From Candidatus Peribacteraceae bacterium (lineage in GTDB: Bacteria > Patescibacteriota > Gracilibacteria > Peribacterales > Peribacteraceae), in contig JAQTSD010000002.1 of NCBI GenBank assembly GCA_028711445.1, positions 27,044-91,043 on the forward strand: 64,000 nt of DNA, read 5' to 3'. A program made the position numbers and the translations under genes. The notes below the pieces were generated by a model. That model saw nothing but the letters and a program-made list of their open reading frames with translations, was not told where the DNA came from and made no database searches. This document shows positions 36,254 through 42,602 of this stretch, one piece after another (within the stretch, counting starts at the first letter, position 1; each line of letters begins with the position of its first letter).

Positions 36254-37132
36254 ATGGCTGGGCTAACGATTTCCGATCTCCTCAAGCGGAAAGGTCCTGT
36301 CGAGGTGATCGGTTGCCACAGCCCTCTTTCGGGGAAGATTGCCGAGTCTGTCGGGTTTCAGGCACTCTGGCTCAGTAGCCTGGAACTCTCCGCTCTCAAC
36401 GGGGTTCCGGATGCGAATTTTCTCACCATGTCCGAAAATTTGGATATGGTGCGCAACGTTTGCCAAGCAGTATCCATCCCTGTCATTGCGGATTGCGACA
36501 GCGGCTACGGGAACGAGTTGAATGTCTATCGTATGGTACAGCTCTACGAACAGGCGGGTGTGAGTGGGATATGTCTTGAAGATAACGTGTATCCCAAAAA
36601 ATGCAGCTTCTACGAAACGAGTGCGGATGAAGTAGTCACTCCTGAAGAGCATGCCAGACGTATCGCTGCGGCAGTGCAAGCTCGTCACAATGGCCTCTTC
36701 ATCATTGCAAGAACCGAGGCGTTCATTCGTAACCTTGGTCTCAAGGAGGCATTGCATCGCGCATCCGTGTATGAGAAGGCGGGGGCCGACGCAATCTTGG
36801 TACACTCCAAGAAGAAAACAGACGAAGATCTCGTTGAGTTCGTAAAGGCTTGGAATGGCAAGGTTCCTCTTGTTTGCGTGCCGACGACCTATAATCAGTA
36901 TTCCTCCTCCGAGCTCTTCGAGCGCGGCTACAAGATCATCATTTTCGCCAATCATGGTCTCCGCGCCAGCATTAATGCGATGAAAGAGGCATTTGCGCTT
37001 ATAAAGGAGAAGCATCGTACCAAAGATCTCGACGATCAGATCGCATCACTACAAGATGTCTTCGAACTCACAGATGTCGACGCAATGCAGCAACTCATTG
37101 CATCTTTCAACCGCTCTCATGACGTACGCTGA
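36254..37132 (+). CDS. PEP mutase / isocitrate lyase superfamily enzyme, PEP-mutase-like with non-canonical active-site motif
   Basis: Collinear with PEP mutase as I recall it: GFQALWLSSLELSA..GVPDAN, DCDSGYGN, ILVHSKKKTDEDLVEFVKAW, FANHGLRAS. The signature reads EDNVYPKKCS instead of EDKxxxxxNS. Confidence 0.75.
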   Translation: MAGLTISDLLKRKGPVEVIGCHSPLSGKIAESVGFQALWLSSLELSALNGVPDANFLTMSENLDMVRNVCQAVSIPVIADCDSGYGNELNVYRMVQLYEQAGVSGICLEDNVYPKKCSFYETSADEVVTPEEHARRIAAAVQARHNGLFIIARTEAFIRNLGLKEALHRASVYEKAGADAILVHSKKKTDEDLVEFVKAWNGKVPLVCVPTTYNQYSSSELFERGYKIIIFANHGLRASINAMKEAFALIKEKHRTKDLDDQIASLQDVFELTDVDAMQQLIASFNRSHDVR

Positions 37133-37508
37133 ATGTAAATCTCAGGGTTTTGATTTTATCGTCGGCGTTCCCTGTTCATCGCTCAAGCAGTTCATCGAGG
37201 ATCTGCAGAGAGACGAACCCGGGCGATACATCCCTGTTCAACGTGAAGACACGGCGGTCGCTCTCGCAGTCGGCGCTTTCTTTGCTGGCAAGAAACCCCT
37301 CGTATTCCTCCAAAACAGCGGTCTCGGACATATCGTGAACATCGTTTCCTCCCTTTTGATTCCCTACGAGATTCCCATCCACTTTCTCGTCACCATGCGC
37401 GAGATGCCTTTCGAACATACGCACATGTACAAGATCACGAAGCCACTTCTCTCCCTTCTTGGCATTGAATCTCGCACGTTTCTCTTCGATGCCAGCTCCC
37501 ATGTTTGA
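37119..37508 (+). CDS. TPP-dependent 2-oxoacid (phosphonopyruvate/sulfopyruvate-type) decarboxylase, alpha subunit
   Basis: FDFIVGVPCSSLKQFI...PVQREDTAVALAVGAFFAGKKPLVFLQNSGLG is a ComD/Ppd N-terminal (PYR) domain pattern. Overlaps the stop of the mutase-like gene. Confidence 0.75.
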   Translation: MTYAECKSQGFDFIVGVPCSSLKQFIEDLQRDEPGRYIPVQREDTAVALAVGAFFAGKKPLVFLQNSGLGHIVNIVSSLLIPYEIPIHFLVTMREMPFEHTHMYKITKPLLSLLGIESRTFLFDASSHV

Positions 37509-37974
37509 AATGACGCGATTGCAGGCAGTTCGTTCGGTGCTCGATACACTGACTGATGAGCTGCTTATTGTCACAACCGGCTTTCTCTCACGCGATGTCT
37601 TTCATCTGCGGGATCGCAAAGAAAATTTTTACATGTGCGGTTCCATGGGGAATGCGTATCCCATCGGTATGGGGATTGCACTGGGCAGTCCGGAGCGGAC
37701 CATTACAGTCCTTTCCGGCGATGGAGCGGCACTCATGAGTCTTGGAAGTTTGGTGCTCGGAAACAGTCTCAAGTTGCCAAATCTGTGGCATATCATCATT
37801 GATAACAAGAAGTATGCTTCGACGGGGGGACAGCCGACGTGCAGTGATGGCATCGACTTTACACAGTTCCACAATACGCGGGTCATTCATGTGGATCATG
37901 ATGAGCCTGCATCCCCCCGCATCACACTTGATCCTGTCGAGATTGCTCGCCGGTTCCGTTTCTGCATCCGATGA
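37501..37974 (+). CDS. TPP-dependent 2-oxoacid decarboxylase, beta subunit
   Basis: GSMGNAYPIGMGIAL...VLSGDGAALMSLGSLV...IIIDNKKYASTGGQ is the TPP-binding GDG-x(24-27)-N motif (ComE/Ppd C-terminal half). ATGTTTGA overlap with the alpha subunit. Confidence 0.8.
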   Translation: MFEMTRLQAVRSVLDTLTDELLIVTTGFLSRDVFHLRDRKENFYMCGSMGNAYPIGMGIALGSPERTITVLSGDGAALMSLGSLVLGNSLKLPNLWHIIIDNKKYASTGGQPTCSDGIDFTQFHNTRVIHVDHDEPASPRITLDPVEIARRFRFCIR

Positions 37975-39392
37975 CCAGGGGAACACTCATCAGTGGCAAG
38001 TGGACGGTCTCGTTGCGGGCACGCGAAGTCATGAACCCGTTTTCGGGGGAGAAAGTGGGGGAAGTACCCTTACTTGAGCGAGAGCAAGTCATCCATGCCA
38101 TCGAAGATGCGGCTACATTCCACTCGTCGCTTACTCCATATGAGCGCTTCGTGATTCTGCGGAATGCGGCGAATATGGTTATGGAGAGAAAAGATGAAAT
38201 CGCGTGCCTCATTTCTTCGGAATCAGGACTGGCGTTGAAAGATACACGACATGAGGTGGAGAGAACGCATAATGTATTACTTCTGAGTGCCGAAGAAGCC
38301 AAGCGACAGCGGGGAAGTGTGTATCAATCGGATGTTGTTCCCCAGACGACCGGACGGGTGGCATTCACCATCCGGGAACCTGCGGGTCTGATTCTTGCAA
38401 TCACGCCGTTCAATCATCCCATGAATCAAGTGGCACATAAGATCGGGCCGGCGATTGCAATGAACAATACTGTTCTATTGAAGCCGTCGCTGAAGACGCC
38501 ACTCTCTGCCATCCGTCTTACAGAGATTCTCCTCGAAGCGGGTCTTCCACCGCGTATGCTGTCTGTTCTGACGCTCGACGTGATGGAACATGCACGCTTT
38601 CTTCTCTCACATCCTGCGATCGACATGGTGTGTTTTACCGGTAGTACGGAAAGCGGAGAGAAAGTACTCAAGGAAACCGGTGTGAAGAAAACTCTTATGG
38701 AACTGGGAGGTAATGACGTATGTATTCTCTGTGAAGATGCAGATGTTTCATCTCTCATCGATATGATCCTCATTGGTGGTCTGGGCAATTCCGGTCAACG
38801 GTGTACGTCGATCAAGAGACTGCTCTGCCACCGTTCCATCGCCGATGTTGTTGCGACTTCTTTGGGAGAAGCCGTCTCCCGTTTATGTGCCGGCGATCCC
38901 TTGCGGGAGGACACGGACATCGGGACGGTGATCGACGAAGAGGCGGCGATGACGATTGAACGCCGCATCCAGCAAGCATGCGCCATGGGGGCGAAGCTCC
39001 TCATAGGAGGGAGAAGAAAAGGTGCGCTCATCGAACCGACTCTGGTGGATTACATTCGGCCCGATATGGAATTGGTGCAGAAGGAGACGTTTGGGCCCGT
39101 TATCCCTCTCATCCGTTTCGATTCCGATGACGAGGCAATCAGGATGTGCAACGACACTCCTTTCGGATTGCAATCGGGCGTATGTACGAATGATCTTCGC
39201 AGAGCGATGCGTTATGTGCAGGGCATCCGCGCCGGCGCGGTCCATGTCAATCAGGCCCCGGGCTATCGTGTCGAATCCTGGCCGTTTGGCGGGATCAAGA
39301 AGAGCGGGTTTGGAAAAGAAGGTGTCGAACGAGCGTGTCTTGAAATGAGTACGGAGAAGCTTATATCCCTTCCTTTTCCTCCTTTTGCATGA
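37971..39392 (+). CDS. NAD(P)-dependent aldehyde dehydrogenase
   Basis: ITPFNHP, FTGSTESG, and MELGGND (catalytic Glu). GNSGQRCTS contains the catalytic Cys. EETFGPV. ATGA overlap with the upstream gene. Confidence 0.9.
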   Translation: MTRGTLISGKWTVSLRAREVMNPFSGEKVGEVPLLEREQVIHAIEDAATFHSSLTPYERFVILRNAANMVMERKDEIACLISSESGLALKDTRHEVERTHNVLLLSAEEAKRQRGSVYQSDVVPQTTGRVAFTIREPAGLILAITPFNHPMNQVAHKIGPAIAMNNTVLLKPSLKTPLSAIRLTEILLEAGLPPRMLSVLTLDVMEHARFLLSHPAIDMVCFTGSTESGEKVLKETGVKKTLMELGGNDVCILCEDADVSSLIDMILIGGLGNSGQRCTSIKRLLCHRSIADVVATSLGEAVSRLCAGDPLREDTDIGTVIDEEAAMTIERRIQQACAMGAKLLIGGRRKGALIEPTLVDYIRPDMELVQKETFGPVIPLIRFDSDDEAIRMCNDTPFGLQSGVCTNDLRRAMRYVQGIRAGAVHVNQAPGYRVESWPFGGIKKSGFGKEGVERACLEMSTEKLISLPFPPFA

Positions 39393-40714
39393 AGACCGTT
39401 CAGGAAATCATTAGGGCTGGGCGAGATGTGGAGGACCGCCTCGGTTGCGCACTCTTTCCAGATCTGCGTCTCGAGGATCTCGGTTGCCTTTCCATCGAGG
39501 ATTTACGACGTTGCTACCACAGAGAGATCGAGAGCATCATTACTCTTCACGGTTTGCTTCAATCGGGGATGGCACCGGCAGATCTTTCTTCCGTTGTGCA
39601 AACGATCAGCATCCACGGGAGGGAGCGCCCCGGAAGCCGGAGGGAAATCCTGGGTTTTCCCGTGAAAGCGATTGGTTCGAACATTCGCAGACAGGATATC
39701 GATTGGAATCAATTCACTTGTGAGCAATCCGGCGTGTGCCGCGAAGGGGATATCGTTATCGCCCGCGCTCTCTCGAGCAGGGGATCGATCAATCAACTGG
39801 AAGATCAAGCCGGCCGTGAAGTGCGGATCTTCGAAGGAGATCACTTCATGACGGTAATGGGGAATCGCCACTCCGGGACATCCGAGTATGGAGAACTGAC
39901 GGATGGGCAAATGGAGTTGCAGCCAGATACCGAAGTGGATCTTCTCTGCCATGGAGGTATTCTTGGTCATGGCATATGTATTCCGCGCAGCAGAGCAGTG
40001 CAGACCTTCTTCAAGGTGCACGTGGCTGCAATTCTCAGAAATGGCGGCCGCAATCTCAATCTTCTGGATCTGTATCCGGCGTGGGATAAGGAGATGCTGC
40101 CGTCCGCACCTATCATCTTCAACTGCGGCACATCGGCTGAGATCGGAAAGACGACATCTTCCTCCTCGATTATCCGAGCGCTGAAAAGAATGGGGAAGCG
40201 TGTCGGAGCGGCGAAGCTGGCCGGGACCGGCCGATATCGCGATTTACTTTCGATGCGCGATGCCGGTGCCGACTTGTACTTCGACTTCCCGGATGTGGGA
40301 TTGCCGTCAACATACACAAGTCCGTCCCGGTCATACCCGGCTGCTGTTACGCTTCTCAATAAGTTGAATCGTGGGAAGGTCGACGTGGTCGTTGCCGAAA
40401 TGGGGGGCGATATCATCGAGGCAAACATTCCTTCCGTTCTTCAGTCTCCGGAAATGATGCGTTATGCGAATGGCATCGTGCATTCATCCGCCGATATTCT
40501 TGGCATTCTCGGCTCATTGCAGCGGTATCGCGACTTTGGGGTGCAAGTGCCTGTCATGCTCACACTTCCGAAAGACCGCAACGATGCAGGAACGCGGGAG
40601 CGGCTTCAACAAGAGCATCTTTCGGCCTTCGATGTCATGAATATGCGGGAGTGCGATCAGGTGGTGGGAGCCCTCCTTCGCTGCCGCGAGGGGGAATCGA
40701 TATTTCCTGTATAA
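39389..40714 (+). CDS. hypothetical protein with C-terminal P-loop-like domain (GTSAEIGKTT)
   Basis: 441 aa. Walker-A-like NCGTSAEIGKTTSS, followed by VVVAEMGGD. This resembles the dethiobiotin-synthase/DUF1611-type nucleotide-binding fold. Family not recognised with certainty. Confidence 0.55.
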   Translation: MKTVQEIIRAGRDVEDRLGCALFPDLRLEDLGCLSIEDLRRCYHREIESIITLHGLLQSGMAPADLSSVVQTISIHGRERPGSRREILGFPVKAIGSNIRRQDIDWNQFTCEQSGVCREGDIVIARALSSRGSINQLEDQAGREVRIFEGDHFMTVMGNRHSGTSEYGELTDGQMELQPDTEVDLLCHGGILGHGICIPRSRAVQTFFKVHVAAILRNGGRNLNLLDLYPAWDKEMLPSAPIIFNCGTSAEIGKTTSSSSIIRALKRMGKRVGAAKLAGTGRYRDLLSMRDAGADLYFDFPDVGLPSTYTSPSRSYPAAVTLLNKLNRGKVDVVVAEMGGDIIEANIPSVLQSPEMMRYANGIVHSSADILGILGSLQRYRDFGVQVPVMLTLPKDRNDAGTRERLQQEHLSAFDVMNMRECDQVVGALLRCREGESIFPV

Positions 40715-40745
40715 TGCCGTACTTCTTCTTTCCCACTTTTGCACC

Positions 40746-41768
40746 ATGGAATTGAGAGGTTCTGACATTCTCACAATGGATCAGTTCGATCGGGAAGATC
40801 TCCGTCGTATTTTCGATACGGCTGCAGAGATGGAGGTGTATGCATCGAGACAAAAAATGACACGCGTTCTCGAGGGGGCAGTCTTGGCGAATCTGTTCTT
40901 CAGTTCGAGCACGCGTTCGCGCATCAGTTTTGGCTCAGCATTCAATCGTCTCGGTGGAGCAGTACGCGATACGACGAGCATTGACGAGTCGTCCATTGCC
41001 AAAGGGGAATCTCTCGAAGCGACTGCCCGTGTAGTCAGTGGTTACTCTGATGCGATTGTTCTGCGTTACCCGGAGGAAGATGCAGCCAAAATGGTTGCCG
41101 ATGCATCACCGCTGCCCGTGATCAACGGAGGAGACGGATCCAACGAGCACCCCACACAAGGGCTCCTCGATATCTTCACTATCCTGAAGGAGCGCAAGAT
41201 GTCTCTTGACGATCTTGACGGTCTCGTCGTTGCCGTTGGAGGAGATCTGAAGTACGGGCGTGCTGCCCACTCGATTGTCAAAGGACTCTCCATTTTTCGT
41301 AACATTTGCTACAAACTCATTGCCACGGATGAACTGCAAATGCCTGACAAGATTGTGGAACTCCTTCGCAACAGGGGGCATCAGGTCTTGCAGACCAGCG
41401 ATCTTTCTGAGGGGATCAAAGATGTGGACATCGTTTACATGACACGCAATCAAGAGGACAGGATGCCTCGTGAACTCGCTACGCACTTGCGCGGGAAGAT
41501 CTTCCTCGATCGTCGCACTTATGAGCGCTACGCCCGTCCCGATACCACGATCATGCACCCCCTCCCGATTGACATTCGGCCGGGTGCACAGGAAATCAAG
41601 CCTGATCTCTACGATCACCCGAACTTCGCGGTCTATCGTCAAACGGATAACGGTATGCCGGTGCGGATGTCGATTTATGTACATCTCCTCGGGGTCGTTG
41701 ACAGAGTACATGACACGGTCAGAGATGCGTTTTGGTTCCGACCGGATCGTACGGATTCCCATAGATGA
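40746..41768 (+). CDS. pyrB: aspartate carbamoyltransferase catalytic chain family protein
   Basis: LANLFFSSSTRSRISF (STRTR variant), AIVLRYP, NGGDGSNEHPTQ, GDLKYGRAAHS, YMTRNQEDR, HPLP...YRQTDNGMPVRMSI. Confidence 0.8.
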   Translation: MELRGSDILTMDQFDREDLRRIFDTAAEMEVYASRQKMTRVLEGAVLANLFFSSSTRSRISFGSAFNRLGGAVRDTTSIDESSIAKGESLEATARVVSGYSDAIVLRYPEEDAAKMVADASPLPVINGGDGSNEHPTQGLLDIFTILKERKMSLDDLDGLVVAVGGDLKYGRAAHSIVKGLSIFRNICYKLIATDELQMPDKIVELLRNRGHQVLQTSDLSEGIKDVDIVYMTRNQEDRMPRELATHLRGKIFLDRRTYERYARPDTTIMHPLPIDIRPGAQEIKPDLYDHPNFAVYRQTDNGMPVRMSIYVHLLGVVDRVHDTVRDAFWFRPDRTDSHR

Positions 41769-42232
41769 TTATGCATTTTGATGTTCCCGGTGTCGGCCCA
41801 ATAGATATTGATACGATTCTTCTCGATCTGAATGGGACGCTTCGTGATAAAAAAAAGTTTTTGGTGCCGGGTGTGAACACGCGCATAGCAAGGTTGCGGG
41901 AACTGGTACGTCTCATCCTTCTCTCAGGCGATACGCGGGGGGATGCAGCCGTTCTGGCAGAAGAACTTGGCATCGAATTTATCCGTACTCCGACGGCAGC
42001 AGATAAAGGTGCGATTGTTGATCGGCTTGGGGCAGAACATTGTGCCGGGATTGGGAACGGTCTCATCGATCTTACTATGGTTGAAAGGGCTCGTATTGGT
42101 ATTGCCGTTCTCCAAGGCGAGGGGGCTCACATGAAAACATTGCATGCTGCCGATATCGTCGTGACCAGTGTGAACGACGCACTCGATTTTTTTCTCGATG
42201 AGAAGAGCTTGATCGCCACTTTACGGGCATAG
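41765..42232 (+). CDS. HAD-superfamily hydrolase, soluble P-type-ATPase-like (COG4087-type)
   Basis: ILLDLNGTL (DxxGT variant), LLSGDTRG, AGIGNGLID...GIAVL. 155 aa. ATGA overlap with the ATCase stop. Confidence 0.7.
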   Translation: MIMHFDVPGVGPIDIDTILLDLNGTLRDKKKFLVPGVNTRIARLRELVRLILLSGDTRGDAAVLAEELGIEFIRTPTAADKGAIVDRLGAEHCAGIGNGLIDLTMVERARIGIAVLQGEGAHMKTLHAADIVVTSVNDALDFFLDEKSLIATLRA

Positions 42233-42281
42233 GGGCATTTGCATGCAGGAAAACGATGCAATATGAGTTGGCACTCTTCTC

Positions 42282-42310
42282 TTGCGAGTGCTAAATCGGT
42301 GTGCTAGACT
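42282..42310 (+). promoter_or_regulatory. mini-gene promoter, copy 1 (-35 TTGCGA, 17 bp, -10 TAGACT)
   Basis: TTGCGA at 42282-42287 and TAGACT at 42305-42310. Copy 2 has identical hexamers and identical spacing. Confidence 0.6.
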
Positions 42311-42342
42311 GCGGATCCTTCATTTCTTTCCCCCTCTTTCCC

Positions 42343-42393
42343 ATGACCGGTGGCGGTAAAGGCGGGTGTGGCGGCTGCTGTGGCTGCTGCTAA
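42343..42393 (+). CDS. 16-aa Gly/Cys-only peptide MTGGGKGGCGGCCGCC (mini-gene copy 1)
   Basis: My own translation; the ORF is below the track cutoff. ATG, reading frame, stop and the C-terminal CCGCC are conserved in the second copy at 46204..46260. It has its own promoter and terminator. Confidence 0.55.
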   Translation: MTGGGKGGCGGCCGCC

Positions 42394-42430
42394 CCCCTTC
42401 GGGGCGAGTGTCGCCCACATGAAATCCTCA

Positions 42431-42451
42431 GGCGGCCGCAAGCCGCCTTTT
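42431..42451 (+). terminator. rho-independent terminator of mini-gene copy 1
   Basis: GGCGGC-CGCAA-GCCGCC followed by TTTT. Confidence 0.75.
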
Positions 42452-42602
42452 CATGTATTCGATGTTTTTGAATTTCACCATCAATTGCATAATATTCCAT
42501 TCGGAAGTGGGAGGATTCTCTTCCTATGCGTTTAACCTTCATTGAAATTCCAGTCGGAGAATCCTTGCGATTCTTCGGTGTCTGCTATGCTGCAGGTGCG
42601 TT

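Noticed and set aside
42269-42286. A sigma-54-like TGGCAC...TTGC element upstream of both mini-genes (also at 46130-46147).
   Set aside because: The GG and GC dinucleotides are separated by 12 nt in both copies, whereas the canonical -24/-12 element has 10 nt. The same TTGC is better explained as part of a -35 TTGCGA with a perfect 17-bp spacer to TAGACT. GGCACTC/GAGTGC(C/T) also forms a small hairpin.
42350-42535. Track ORF (61 aa, MAVKAGVAAAVAAANPF...) in the +2 frame across mini-gene copy 1.
   Set aside because: It reads straight through the terminator hairpin. Its sequence downstream of the Gly/Cys region is not conserved in copy 2, where the equivalent frame stops early. The ATG-initiated 16/18-codon frame is the one conserved in start, stop and C-terminus.
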